Assembly: GCA_965223115.1 (NCBI GenBank)
Contig: OZ244982.1
Span: forward strand, 601,128-665,127
Direction: 5' to 3'
DNA: 64,000 nucleotides
Source: Gammaproteobacteria bacterium
GTDB lineage: Bacteria; Pseudomonadota; Gammaproteobacteria; UBA4575
The notes beneath the pieces were generated by a model. The model worked only from the letters and a program-made list of their open reading frames with translations. It searched no databases and was not told where the DNA came from. Shown here in pieces: positions 33,057 through 42,948 of the stretch; the stretch's first letter is position 1, and each line of letters begins with the position of its first letter. A program made the position numbers and the translations under genes.

Positions 33057-34403
33057 ATGGCGCATAAACCCTATGAGCATGTCCAGATTCCTGCGGATGC
33101 GGAACCCATTCAGCTTAATCAGGATAACACCCTGCAGGTTCCTAATAATCCAATTATTCCTTTTATAGAAGGTGATGGGATTGGTATCGATGTTACGCCG
33201 GTTATGCGCAGAGTAGTTACAGCTGCAGTTAAATTGGCTTATAACGATGAACGCCGTATTCGCTGGATGGAGATTTTTGCTGGTGAAAAGGCCTCTCGTT
33301 TATATGGGACGACTGAATTTCTTCCTGAAGAAACACTTGATGTCATGCGTAAATACATTGTGTCAATCAAGGGTCCGCTTGCCACACCTGTAGGCGAAGG
33401 CATGCGTTCATTGAATGTTGCAATTCGACAAGTGTTGGATCTTTATGCATGTGTACGTCCAATTCGATATTTTTCAGGCACACCCACACCGCTTAAGGAT
33501 TCAGGTACAACCGATATGGTGATATTTAGGGAAAATACTGAAGACATTTATGCAGGAATAGAATGGGAAGCGCAAAGTAAGGAAGTTAAAAAAGTTATCA
33601 AGTTCTTACGTGAAGAAATGGGTGTTACAAAAATCCGTTTCCCTGAAACTTCCGGAATAGGTATTAAACCTGTTTCTAAAGAAGGTTCGGTACGTTTAAT
33701 TCGTAAAGCAATTCAATATGCTTTAGACAATAATCGTAATTCCGTTTCTTTGGTGCACAAAGGAAATATTATGAAATTTACTGAAGGTGCGTTTAGAAAT
33801 TGGGGCTACGATTTAGCTTTACATGAATTTAATGCTGAAGTCATTGGTGAAGGCCCATGGTGTAAAATTAAAAATCCTAATAATGGGAATGATGTCATTA
33901 TTAAAGATGTAATCGCAGATAATTTTTTACAACAAATTCTATTGAAGCCCGAAGATTACGATGTCATAGCTACACTGAATTTGAATGGCGATTACATTTC
34001 TGATGCGTTAGCTGCGCAAGTTGGTGGAATTGGTATAGCTCCGGGTGGAAATATTTCTGATAGTGTAGCTGTATTTGAAGCAACACATGGTACTGCTCCC
34101 GGTTTTGCGGGTAAAAATCGTGTTAACCCTGGTTCAATAATTTTATCTGCTGAAATGATGTTACGTTATATAGGCTGGGATGAAGCGGCTAACCTGATTG
34201 AAAAAGGTGTGTCGGGTGCAATTGCAGCAAGAACGGTAACTTATGACTTGGCACGTGCTCGTGCAGGCTTTAGTGCAGTAAAAGGCCGGCGTCCTGGGAC
34301 ATCAAGAGAAGTGCAAGAAGATTTAGAACGACTCATGCCAGGTGCAACACTTGTGAGCACGACTGGATTTGGTGAAGAAATTATAAAAAATATGTCTATG
34401 TAA
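33057..34403 (+). CDS. icd: isocitrate dehydrogenase (NADP-dependent)
   Basis: Near-collinear with E. coli Icd ([34 protein letters not shown], ...IIKNMSM). Confidence 0.92.
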   Translation: MAHKPYEHVQIPADAEPIQLNQDNTLQVPNNPIIPFIEGDGIGIDVTPVMRRVVTAAVKLAYNDERRIRWMEIFAGEKASRLYGTTEFLPEETLDVMRKYIVSIKGPLATPVGEGMRSLNVAIRQVLDLYACVRPIRYFSGTPTPLKDSGTTDMVIFRENTEDIYAGIEWEAQSKEVKKVIKFLREEMGVTKIRFPETSGIGIKPVSKEGSVRLIRKAIQYALDNNRNSVSLVHKGNIMKFTEGAFRNWGYDLALHEFNAEVIGEGPWCKIKNPNNGNDVIIKDVIADNFLQQILLKPEDYDVIATLNLNGDYISDALAAQVGGIGIAPGGNISDSVAVFEATHGTAPGFAGKNRVNPGSIILSAEMMLRYIGWDEAANLIEKGVSGAIAARTVTYDLARARAGFSAVKGRRPGTSREVQEDLERLMPGATLVSTTGFGEEIIKNMSM

Positions 34404-34567
34404 TGAATTACATATTTTAAAATTGAATAAGCATATTGCTTTATAGCACTTTTCCATTATATTCCACACAGTACCACAATAAATTGATTGTCAAATATAA
34501 GTAGTTGCTCATTCAAATAATAGTCTAAGCTAATTTTACTAGATTGTAGTTCATTAGAAGGAAAATA

Positions 34568-35257
34568 ATGAGAATTGCCATTCTTGAGGATGATGTTGAT
34601 CAAGCTAGGCTTGTTGAAATATGGTTATCTGATGCTGGACATAATTGCTATGTCTACCACTCTGGTAGCCAAATTGTTCAATCCCTAAACAATGAGAGCT
34701 TCGATGTTATATTGCTTGATTGGGAAGTGCCTGACATGAGTGGGTTCGAAGTGTTGCAGTGGGTGCGCGAAAATCTAGACTGGTATGTACCTGTTCTATT
34801 CATCACGCAACGTGATCAGGAAGAAGACGTGGTAAAGGCGTTGCAAGCAGGTGCAGATGATTATATGGCTAAACCAATTAAACGTGCTGAAATGCTTGCA
34901 CGTATTGGCGCGGTATCAAGAAGAAATAATCCCCAAGATGAAGGTGAAACGATATTGGATTTTTCGCCTTACTCATTGGATTTAAAGAAAAGAACGGTAA
35001 GTTGTAATAATACAGAAATTGAGTTAACTCAAAAAGAATATGATCTAGCTTTGTTTATATTTCGAAATATAGGCAGAGTCTTGTCAAGAGGTTATATTCT
35101 TGAAAGGGTGTGGGGTAAGAATCCTGAAATTAATACGCGTACAGTAGATACGCATATTAGTCGTTTAAGGCGCAAGCTAAACATATCTATTGAAAATGGA
35201 TGGAGACTTACCTCTGTCTATCAACATGGATATCGCTTAGAACCTGCGACTGAATAA
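34568..35257 (+). CDS. OmpR-family two-component response regulator
   Basis: Receiver domain (DD...D...K) plus a winged-helix trans_reg_C motif region (VDTHISRLRRKL). Confidence 0.85.
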   Translation: MRIAILEDDVDQARLVEIWLSDAGHNCYVYHSGSQIVQSLNNESFDVILLDWEVPDMSGFEVLQWVRENLDWYVPVLFITQRDQEEDVVKALQAGADDYMAKPIKRAEMLARIGAVSRRNNPQDEGETILDFSPYSLDLKKRTVSCNNTEIELTQKEYDLALFIFRNIGRVLSRGYILERVWGKNPEINTRTVDTHISRLRRKLNISIENGWRLTSVYQHGYRLEPATE

Positions 35258-35336
35258 AGCGCTTGAGTTGTATTAGACACTTAAACCTATACGCACTCTG
35301 ATGATTACTTTTATTATTCATTAAGTATGTTTTTGT

Positions 35337-35840
35337 ATGGATGTAATTAATAAAAAAATTTGTATGGTTGGAGATTTTTCTGTTGGCAAAACAAGTCTCG
35401 TGGCACGCTTTGTAAAAAATATTTTTTCTGAAAAATATCTTAGTACAGTAGGAGTTAAAATAGATTCTAAAGAAATTATTATAAATGATATGACCACATT
35501 AAAACTGTTAATTTGGGATATTGCAGGTAAGGATAAACTAAGCAGTTTAGATGATAATTATATTAGGGGCTGTGCAGGTTATTTGCTAATAGCAGATGGA
35601 ACACGCAAACATACTTTAGAATCTGCATACAAATTACAAGCGCATTTGCAAAACGAGCTGGGAGATATACCTTTTTGTATGCTCATTAATAAAAACGATT
35701 TGAAGAATCAATGGGAATGCAATGATGTAGAGATTAATAATATAAAAAATAATAAATGGTCTTATTTTGAAACAAGCGCAAAAAATGGTGAGAATGTTGA
35801 AGTAGCATTTAATGAGCTTGCAAAAAAAATACTTTCATGA
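35337..35840 (+). CDS. Ras-like small GTPase embedded in a two-component operon
   Basis: G1 GDFSVGKTS, G3 WDIAGKD (Lys where Ras has Gln61), G4 NKND, G5 ETSAK. 167 aa. The stop overlaps the start of the downstream HK gene. Confidence 0.75.
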   Translation: MDVINKKICMVGDFSVGKTSLVARFVKNIFSEKYLSTVGVKIDSKEIIINDMTTLKLLIWDIAGKDKLSSLDDNYIRGCAGYLLIADGTRKHTLESAYKLQAHLQNELGDIPFCMLINKNDLKNQWECNDVEINNIKNNKWSYFETSAKNGENVEVAFNELAKKILS

Positions 35841-37369
35841 AGCAACATACTGAAAAAATTGCGCAAAACTTATATGCGATATCTGCTGAGAAGATGAAGC
35901 CACTTGTGGTGGTAGTAGATGATGAGAATAACTATATTTCTCATTATGGAAATTTAAGCAATTATGATTTTAATCATTTCGTTCCAGGGCATAGCTGCAT
36001 TAAAGAACTTCCTTTTCTAGTTGGATTGGAAAAAGAGTCATACGTGGTTTTGCCACTTGTAAGTTTTAGTGAAAATATCGTAGCTAGTGTAAATGTTATA
36101 CAAATAAATCGAAATCGTTACGTAGTTCTTTTAGATGCTAAAGATGAGCACCAAAGACATCAGAAAACTACACAAGTGTCTAATGAGGCTAAGCTACTTA
36201 ATGTAAAATTAAGACAAATAACTGAGCAGTTGAAGGAGACGCAGTTAGAACTGGAGCATAAAAACAAGAAACTTGAATTAGCCAATACTGCCAAATCTCG
36301 TTTTATATCCAGTATGTCACATGAGTTTAGAACACCTATCTCATCAATATTAGGCTATGCAGACATTCTCGCTAGCAAGTTTTCAGACAGTGATGATGAA
36401 TATCGATATACAAAAGCCATAGAAAGAAATACTAAATATTTGCTATCGCTGATAGATAACGTTTTAGAACATGCGCAGTTAGAAACAGAAAAATTAACTC
36501 TAAATATAGCGCCATTCCAGGTAGCGGAACTGCTTAATGATATAAACTTAATGTTTTCTACTTTAGCCAAAGAATCTAATCTTATATTTAACTTTGACAT
36601 AAGTAATAATGTGCCAGAAGTATTACAAACAGACCGCATTAGATTGCAACAAATATTAATTAATATTATAGGTAATGCTATTAAATATACTGAAGTAGGA
36701 TCGGTCAGTGTTGAAGTAAATTGGAAAAATAATAATCTAATTATTATTGTTTCAGATACAGGTCCGGGAATTTTTGAAGAACATCGGGACAATATATTTC
36801 AAGCATTTAATCGCATACATTCTGAAAATAAAAAAGGTGCTGGTTTAGGGCTTTCTATCAGTAAACAATTGGCTGAGAAGTTAGGAGGAGAGCTTAAATT
36901 GCATTCTGAGGTTGGTTCAGGTTCAGTTTTTACTTTGACTATTTATGCAAACCAAGTAGATGCAATATCTTTAGCAAAAATCAAAGAGCATTCAAGTAAA
37001 AATGAAGCTAAAGTTTTAATTGTTGAAGATGATGAGGACTTGGTTGAATTGTTAAAAATATTTTTACATGAGTTTGGATATTCTACTTCAGTGGCCTATG
37101 ATGGGGATGAAGCAATAAAGAAGTGTAATGAAGAAAAGTTCGATCTGGTGTTGTTAGATATGCAGCTACCGAAATTAAATGGAACTGACGTACTAAAAAT
37201 ATTAGTAGAAAAAGATATAAAGATCCCTACTATTGGTATGACAGCGTCAACAAATAATGAAGATAAGAATAATGCGCTTAAAGCAGGTTGTAATGAATTT
37301 TTGATAAAGCCTATACAGGTTGCACCTTTAATAAGTACTATAAATAAATTACTTTTAAATGATGTCTAA
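35837..37369 (+). CDS. hybrid sensor histidine kinase (N-terminal ~150-aa sensory/partner domain, HisKA, HATPase, C-terminal REC)
   Basis: H-box SHEFRTPISSI, G-boxes DTGPGI and GAGLGLSI, C-terminal receiver (LVLLDMQLP...K). Confidence 0.85.
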   Translation: MKQHTEKIAQNLYAISAEKMKPLVVVVDDENNYISHYGNLSNYDFNHFVPGHSCIKELPFLVGLEKESYVVLPLVSFSENIVASVNVIQINRNRYVVLLDAKDEHQRHQKTTQVSNEAKLLNVKLRQITEQLKETQLELEHKNKKLELANTAKSRFISSMSHEFRTPISSILGYADILASKFSDSDDEYRYTKAIERNTKYLLSLIDNVLEHAQLETEKLTLNIAPFQVAELLNDINLMFSTLAKESNLIFNFDISNNVPEVLQTDRIRLQQILINIIGNAIKYTEVGSVSVEVNWKNNNLIIIVSDTGPGIFEEHRDNIFQAFNRIHSENKKGAGLGLSISKQLAEKLGGELKLHSEVGSGSVFTLTIYANQVDAISLAKIKEHSSKNEAKVLIVEDDEDLVELLKIFLHEFGYSTSVAYDGDEAIKKCNEEKFDLVLLDMQLPKLNGTDVLKILVEKDIKIPTIGMTASTNNEDKNNALKAGCNEFLIKPIQVAPLISTINKLLLNDV

Positions 37370-37718
37370 TCTGTCATCCGATGCTCAGCAAAAAATAACT
37401 AAGTTAAAAAAGTCTTATATTGCATCATTGCCTGATAAGTTGAAAACTTTAGAGAATGACTGGGTGAACATCGTGAATCAATCATTCAAACTTTCAGATA
37501 TAGAGTCACTTCGTACCATAAGCCATAAATTAGCAGGATCTGCAGGTTCTTATGAATTAATAGAAATATCAAAGTCTGCTAGAGCTGTTGAAAAGGCATG
37601 TAATGAATATTTGCAGTCTAAGACAAATGAAAAAAATGGCATAAAAAATTTGACTGCAAGCTATAAAAATTTAATTAACGTAATACATAAATCAATTGAT
37701 AATTATTTAATTAAATAG
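37359..37718 (+). CDS. Hpt (histidine phosphotransfer) domain protein
   Basis: ISHKLAGSAGSYE phosphorylatable His motif. 119 aa. Overlaps the HK stop. Confidence 0.7.
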   Translation: MMSNLSSDAQQKITKLKKSYIASLPDKLKTLENDWVNIVNQSFKLSDIESLRTISHKLAGSAGSYELIEISKSARAVEKACNEYLQSKTNEKNGIKNLTASYKNLINVIHKSIDNYLIK

Positions 37719-37903
37719 TTAATTAAATTAATTATCCTTTACAAAAAAGTTTCTCATTAGCAATATAAAATAACTGTTTAAGCTTCATTGATTAAAACTG
37801 TTAACTATATTTTACAAATGTCTTTATCAGATATAACAGTATAAATGTTATATTTATAAACTATAAGAAAATAAAATTTTAATTCTTTTGGAGACAAACG
37901 ATT

Positions 37904-38968
37904 ATGAAACGAATTAGCATGCTTCTTGCAGCTTTAATTGCTGTTATGTATTTAGCAGGTTGCCAGACTACAAATCAAACTGCTGAATCTATTGAAATGG
38001 AAAATAATGCTGAGATGGCGGCATCTGAAGCGGAACTGATGGAGCGTGAACGTGAGCTTAATATGCGTGAACATGAGCTCGCTAAAAAAGAAAAAATGAT
38101 GTCTATGGAAGATGGGTCTACGGCATCGGCTCCTGTTATTGCGGCTTCGGGAGACTTATATCCACCAAATGCACGTCCAGGTGAATGTTATGCACGCATG
38201 CTTGTTCCTGCACAGCATCGCACAGTGACAAAAAAAGTACTTAAGAAAGAGGCTTCTGAACGTGTACAGATCATCCCTGCTACATATAAGACAGTTACAA
38301 AACGTGTATTAGTAAAACCTGAAACAACTAAATTAGTTGAAGTGCCGGCAAAATATGCTACTAAAACTGAACGAATCCAAGTTTCACCAGCACGTACGGT
38401 ATGGAAAAAAGGGGCAGGAATAGATGCCGCAAGTGCAGGGGCAGGTGCAGCAGGCGGGGATAGTGCCGCAGCTATTATTGACCGCTTTGGTAACCAGAAG
38501 GTTGTTGGTACTCGAGTCACAGATACAGGTGAAGTTATGTGTTTAGTAGAAATACCAGCTCAATATAAAACGGTTAGCAAAACAGTTTTAGTAAGCCCTG
38601 CAACAACAAAGAAAGTTACGATTCCTGCTGAATATAAAACAGTTCAAGTTACAGAGCTTGTTACTGCCGCACAGGAAAAGAGAATCAAGATTCCAGAAGA
38701 ATATGGAACCGTAACACGCACAGAACTAGTACAAGCAGAACAACTTACATGGGTGCCGGTATTGTGTCAGGTTAATATGACAAGCCGAAATGTTTCACAA
38801 TTACAAGGCGCACTTAAGAGACAAGGTTGTTATTCGTGTGAAGTAGATGGAATTATGGGTCCTTGTACTTTTCGGGGTGCGCAGTGTTACGCTAAGCGCA
38901 AAGGCTTACCTTATGGCGAGAATTTTGTAACCATTGAAACAATTAATTCTCTGGGTTTGAAATTCTAA
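37904..38968 (+). CDS. lipoprotein with internal YKTV-type repeats and a C-terminal peptidoglycan-binding (PG_binding_1-like) domain
   Basis: Lipobox LAGC after a signal peptide, repeated xYKTVTKxVLV motifs, C-terminal LQGALKRQGCYSCEVDGIMGPCTFRGAQCY. Confidence 0.65.
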   Translation: MKRISMLLAALIAVMYLAGCQTTNQTAESIEMENNAEMAASEAELMERERELNMREHELAKKEKMMSMEDGSTASAPVIAASGDLYPPNARPGECYARMLVPAQHRTVTKKVLKKEASERVQIIPATYKTVTKRVLVKPETTKLVEVPAKYATKTERIQVSPARTVWKKGAGIDAASAGAGAAGGDSAAAIIDRFGNQKVVGTRVTDTGEVMCLVEIPAQYKTVSKTVLVSPATTKKVTIPAEYKTVQVTELVTAAQEKRIKIPEEYGTVTRTELVQAEQLTWVPVLCQVNMTSRNVSQLQGALKRQGCYSCEVDGIMGPCTFRGAQCYAKRKGLPYGENFVTIETINSLGLKF

Positions 38969-38990
38969 ATCAGTTCTTTCAATTTACTTG

Positions 38991-39020
38991 AAAACGCCAC
39001 GCATTTGCGTGGCGTTTTTC
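38991..39020 (+). terminator. rho-independent terminator
   Basis: acgccacgca-ttt-gcgtggcgt hairpin followed by a T-run. Confidence 0.7.
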
Positions 39021-39165
39021 ATTGAAACAATGCTTTGATAATGGTAGAAATTGGCCATTTAGTCAGGCTTATGCCTCATTTAGTGTTTTTCTACTCACAA
39101 CAAGGCGATATTAGCTTAATATTTCTTGATTTGAGACAAAGTAAATTTTTCAAGAATGTTTACTA

Positions 39166-39894
39166 ATGAATATACAAATAATTTCTGATATTCATCTAGA
39201 ATTTGGTGAATTTAAATTACCAAATAAAGAATGTGATGTACTCATTGCAGCGGGCGATATCGGTGTGGGTATTGAAGGCTTGGAGTGGTTACAGACTTTA
39301 GATATACCTGTTATTTATGTAGCTGGGAATCATGAGTATTGGGGATTTGAAATTAAAGATTTAAACAACTTGCTTTCAAAAGTGAGTAAAAAAAGCAATG
39401 TTCATTATTTGGAAAAAAGCAGTGTAATTATTGATGATGTTAAGTTTATTGGCTGTACTTTATGGGCCGATTTTAATGCATGTGATGATGGGCAGTTAGA
39501 AGAGCTTGAAAGCGTTATGAATGATTTTCGTTATATATACTTTGACGGAGGTTTAGTTTCTGCACAACAATTAGTTCAATTAAATGAGAAATCAAAACAA
39601 TGGTTGGATAAAGAGCTTAACAAGCCTCATAGAGGTCCAATTGTAGTAGTGACACATCATGCACCCTCGCTGAAAAGTTGGGCAGCAGATGATAATGATT
39701 ATATAAAATACGCTTATTGTAATGAGATGGAGCCTATGTTCAAAGAACAGGAAATTGATCTATGGGTGCATGGACATATACACCGTGCCAGTGATTATAA
39801 AAAGCATGGTGTACGAGTGGTGTGTAACCCAAGAGGATATAAAGGCTATCAACTTGTTAAAAAATTTGATCCGGCAAAGAAAATAGCAGTTTAA
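39166..39894 (+). CDS. calcineurin-like metallophosphoesterase
   Basis: Metal-binding motifs (ISDIHLE, GDIG, GNHEY, GHIH), the last being the GHxH family signature. Confidence 0.75.
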   Translation: MNIQIISDIHLEFGEFKLPNKECDVLIAAGDIGVGIEGLEWLQTLDIPVIYVAGNHEYWGFEIKDLNNLLSKVSKKSNVHYLEKSSVIIDDVKFIGCTLWADFNACDDGQLEELESVMNDFRYIYFDGGLVSAQQLVQLNEKSKQWLDKELNKPHRGPIVVVTHHAPSLKSWAADDNDYIKYAYCNEMEPMFKEQEIDLWVHGHIHRASDYKKHGVRVVCNPRGYKGYQLVKKFDPAKKIAV

Positions 39895-39934
39895 ATCTCC
39901 AATAGATTAAAAATTAATTGTATACTTGTAGTCT

Positions 39935-40273
39935 ATGGCAAATAAAAGTATCTATAAAGTAAGTTTTTATAATCAAAACAAAGTATATGAAATCTATGCA
40001 CACCAAGTGTATCAATCTGATCTGTATGGCTTCATTACAATAGAAGGATTGACCTTTGATGAGCGGACCAGCGTAGTAGTCGATCCAAGTGAAGAAAAGC
40101 TTAAGTCAGAGTTTGAACAAGTAGATCGTTTTTTTGTCCCCATGCATGCCATTATTAGAATTGATGAGGTTAAAAAACAAGGAGTAGCGAAAATTTCTGA
40201 TGCAGGTGAGAATGTGGCTCACTTTCCTTCCCCAGTATATAACCCCGGTAATGACAAAGGTGGGAAATCCTAA
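39935..40273 (+). CDS. small conserved hypothetical protein, possibly DUF1820-like
   Basis: 112-aa ORF with good coding appearance. The family assignment is from memory only. Confidence 0.4.
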   Translation: MANKSIYKVSFYNQNKVYEIYAHQVYQSDLYGFITIEGLTFDERTSVVVDPSEEKLKSEFEQVDRFFVPMHAIIRIDEVKKQGVAKISDAGENVAHFPSPVYNPGNDKGGKS

Positions 40274-40334
40274 TTCACCAACACAAAATAATACTGTCGA
40301 AACAATATGCAATAAGTTCTTAATTGCTTATCTG

Positions 40335-40604
40335 ATGTCGATATAATAGTTGTTGTATGGAGAGATGCCGGAGTGGTCGAATGAAGGCATTGGCACGATT
40401 TCGCCTGGAACGTGGGTACGCGTACAGGCGAGCAATAGATTCTAAATTGTTTTAGTAATGTCGATATAATAGTTGTTGTATGGAGAGATGCCGGAGTGGT
40501 CGAACGAAGGCATTGGCACGATTTCGCCTGGAACGTGGGTACGCGTACAGGCGAGCAATAGATTCTAAATTGTTTTAGTAATGTCGATATAATAGTTGTT
40601 GTAT
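40335..40604 (+). repeat. 123-bp tandem repeat (2.2 units), each unit carrying a putative -10 box and a partial copy of the 5' half of tRNA-Ser, continuing into the intact tRNA
   Basis: Units start at 40335, 40458 and 40581. GGAGAGATGCCGGAGTGGTCGAA recurs at 40359, 40482 and 40605. The units differ by a single mismatch. Confidence 0.85.
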
Positions 40605-40696
40605 GGAGAGATGCCGGAGTGGTCGAACGGGCTCGCCTGGAAAGCGAGTGTGTCCTCAATGGGGCACCGAGGGTTCGAATCCCTCTCTCTCCGCCA
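40605..40696 (+). tRNA. tRNA-Ser (anticodon GGA) with encoded CCA
   Basis: Manual fold: acceptor GGAGAGA/TCTCTCC, anticodon arm CTCGC-CTGGAAA-GCGAG, long variable arm, T-arm GAGGG-TTCGAAT-CCCTC, discriminator G and CCA. Confidence 0.85.
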
Positions 40697-40736
40697 CAAT
40701 TATCAAAGAAGATATCGATATCTTCTTTGATAATTG
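40697..40736. promoter_or_regulatory. 40-bp perfect palindrome immediately after tRNA-Ser (terminator or recombination/protein-binding site)
   Basis: caattatcaaagaagatatc | gatatcttctttgataattg is an exact reverse complement with no following T-run. Confidence 0.5.
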
Positions 40737-40849
40737 AAGGTGAAAAGTGGAGTCGAACCCGAGGAGAGGGTCGACAAATTTGTTAGGAACAAATTTGAAC
40801 ATCGCTATGAAATGGCGATGGCCCGTAGGGCAAAATACAAGGAAGTATT

Positions 40850-41065
40850 TTGTAATCCCTCTCTCTCCGCCAGCCAATTTTGTCTCTTGCAAGACGCTAG
40901 AAATTGAGCAGAAAAGGCCCATTTCTGCAGGCATTTGCGATAAGAAAAACTTTCATGGGCACCGTACATTTCGTTTTTGCTCTCATTTTGCCAAAAGTCT
41001 CTTTTGCAATTTTCGCGGTGCCCCTTTGAGTAAAACATTGAATGGATCAACAACAGATGAAGTCA
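40850..41065 (+). repeat. direct repeat copy A: duplicate of the tRNA-Ser 3' end (aatccctctctctccgcca at 40854-40872) followed by a ~190-bp element
   Basis: Shares gtctcttgcaag..., aaaaggccyatttctgcaggyatttg... and aatttcgcggtg...ttggatcaac... blocks with 42710-42948. Confidence 0.7.
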
Positions 41066-41116
41066 CCCTTGTTTTAAATTATGAGTGCTGCTTTCTGCCA
41101 AAAGAAGTTATTGATA

Positions 41117-41557
41117 TTAAGCATTTGCTACAAAAATAGCACCAATTACAATCAATATACTTCCAACTAATAATTTTACAGTATGTAATTCTTTCCATTC
41201 ACTAAAAATAACCAATGCAAGCAATACAGCAATCAGTGTATTCATATTATATAAGGGAACTAGTTGAGATATAGGGATGTTAAATTGAAGCAGAGAGTAC
41301 GCCACTAACCCACTTGCTATTCCCCAAGTCAAGCCGAATAATCCTGCAAAAGAGCTTGCTTTAATTGAAAAAGGAACAGTATTGTCAAAAAAATAAAAGC
41401 CTAAACCTGCAATTGCAACTCCTAATCCAACCGCAACGAGATATGTTGAAATACTTATGCCTATATTTGTGCTGAACTTTTGAAAAATAGCGGATCCACC
41501 ATAAATAAATGCAGGTAAAAATCCGCCTATTAATAAAGCTATTGCTTTAGAAGACAT
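41117..41557 (-). CDS. small 4-TM membrane protein (DMT/EamA-like half transporter)
   Basis: 146 aa with four hydrophobic helices. Adjacent to arsM and co-oriented with it. Confidence 0.5.
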   Translation of the reverse strand: MSSKAIALLIGGFLPAFIYGGSAIFQKFSTNIGISISTYLVAVGLGVAIAGLGFYFFDNTVPFSIKASSFAGLFGLTWGIASGLVAYSLLQFNIPISQLVPLYNMNTLIAVLLALVIFSEWKELHTVKLLVGSILIVIGAIFVANA

Positions 41558-41603
41558 GTTGTTTTCCTTTTTATAAAGTAGTGTTTAGCTTTTGAATGTT
41601 ACC

Positions 41604-42458
41604 TTAGGTGCTGATGTGTGGTTTGAAGGCAGTAAATTTGATACTTGCAATTTTGTTTTGCACTATAGCGATATCTTCTTCAGCTGGAACAGGTGTGTAC
41701 TTAGACCCAGGACAACATGCTAACTCATCCAATTCTGTAGAGGCTAAGAGATGCTCTGCAATCAGTTGCAAATCTGTAAACCCAATATTTTTGATAATCT
41801 CGAAATAAGAATCTTTATCAATTGCACCCCCAACACAGCCTGACCAGGTGGTTTTAAAATGTTCATGTATTTTCGGATCAATCTTTTCAGTGTATACAAT
41901 ATCTGAAATGGCTAGACGACCACCGGGCTTTAGTATACGAGAAGCTTCTCTATACACGGCTTCTTTATCTGGGCATAAATTGATTACGCAATTCGATATG
42001 ACTACATCTGCAAAATCATTGGGAAGGTTCGATTGATCTAGATCTGTAACATGAAACTCTACTGTGTCAGATAATCCTGATTCATTTATTGCTTGCTTTG
42101 CTCGTTCAATCATTTCTGAGGAAAAATCGATCCCAATTACTTTTCCTTTTAGGATGACTTTTTTTGCAGCCAGTATGGCATCAATCCCTGCACCACATCC
42201 GAAGTCCACAACAGTTTCACCAGGCTGAAGAGCCGCAAAGCCTGCAGGATTACCACATCCTCTTGATAAGCTAAGTGCCGATTCTGGAATTAACGATATG
42301 TCTTCTTGTGTATATAACCCATGATCTGTTGCGAAACTAGAACTTTTAGAAGCTTGAATTGAACAGCAGGAACTTGCTCCAATTAAGCCAGTCTCTGCGA
42401 GTTTGCTATAACGATCTTTTACAACCTGCTTTATTTCTGTATTCGTTAGGCGGCCCAT
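41604..42458 (-). CDS. arsM: arsenite S-adenosylmethionine methyltransferase
   Basis: SAM-binding VVDFGCGAGIDA, conserved cysteine pairs (SSCCS, RGCGNP) and VISNCVINLCPDK...ILKPGGRLAISD, collinear with ArsM. Confidence 0.8.
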   Translation of the reverse strand: MGRLTNTEIKQVVKDRYSKLAETGLIGASSCCSIQASKSSSFATDHGLYTQEDISLIPESALSLSRGCGNPAGFAALQPGETVVDFGCGAGIDAILAAKKVILKGKVIGIDFSSEMIERAKQAINESGLSDTVEFHVTDLDQSNLPNDFADVVISNCVINLCPDKEAVYREASRILKPGGRLAISDIVYTEKIDPKIHEHFKTTWSGCVGGAIDKDSYFEIIKNIGFTDLQLIAEHLLASTELDELACCPGSKYTPVPAEEDIAIVQNKIASIKFTAFKPHIST

Positions 42459-42709
42459 GAATTTTAATTTCCGTCACACTTTATTTAATATCAATTTAAA
42501 TATTACACCTATTCTTGAATGTTCGCTTTAGCTAGGGAAACAGTCACTAAACTAGCAGATGAATTTAATTAAAATTTATTAAAAATACCGAAAGGGACAC
42601 CGAAAATATTTACTTCAGCATTGTTTTGCAGGCTATATTTTAGTCAAAAGGTCTCTGCGGCAAGTTCAGGTAAATATTCTCATAAGAACTCAGGAGCTTA
42701 CAGATCAAA

Positions 42710-42948
42710 GGGGCACCAAGGGTTTGATTACATTCCACTAGTCAGTTACGTCTCTTGCAAGAGACACTAGTAATTCATCTAATTCATCAGAAAAGGCCTA
42801 TTTCTGCAGGTATTTGTGAGTAGTAAATTTCGAAAAGGGCATCGTCTGTTTTATTATTTCTCACTTTTCTGTCAAAATCTCTTTAGGAAATTTCGCGGTG
42901 TTTCTTTGGTTAAGCCATTGCTTGGATCAACTACAGCTTAAGTCAGTC
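42710..42948 (+). repeat. direct repeat copy B: degenerate tRNA-Ser 3'-end copy (ggggcaccaagggtttga) followed by the same ~190-bp element as copy A
   Basis: Same orientation as 40850-41065. Together the two copies bracket the arsM cassette. Confidence 0.65.

Noticed and set aside
36355..36792. 145-aa minus-strand ORF inside the hybrid kinase gene
   Set aside because: Antisense to the HisKA/HATPase region, which carries clear catalytic motifs.
40335..40604. Possible CRISPR array
   Set aside because: The repeat unit is 123 bp with no spacer-repeat alternation and is derived from the tRNA 5' half and its promoter. Not CRISPR.
40745..40800. Possible minus-strand tRNA fragment (GGTTCGACTCC-like T-arm motif)
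   Set aside because: I could not fold a complete cloverleaf. Only a T-loop-like decamer is present, so it is left as an unexplained motif.
40270..40934. Minus-strand ORFs (129 aa and 92 aa) and plus/minus ORFs at 40747-41139
   Set aside because: They translate the tandem tRNA-derived repeats, the tRNA itself and the att-like repeat element. Repeated peptide blocks simply reflect the DNA repeats.
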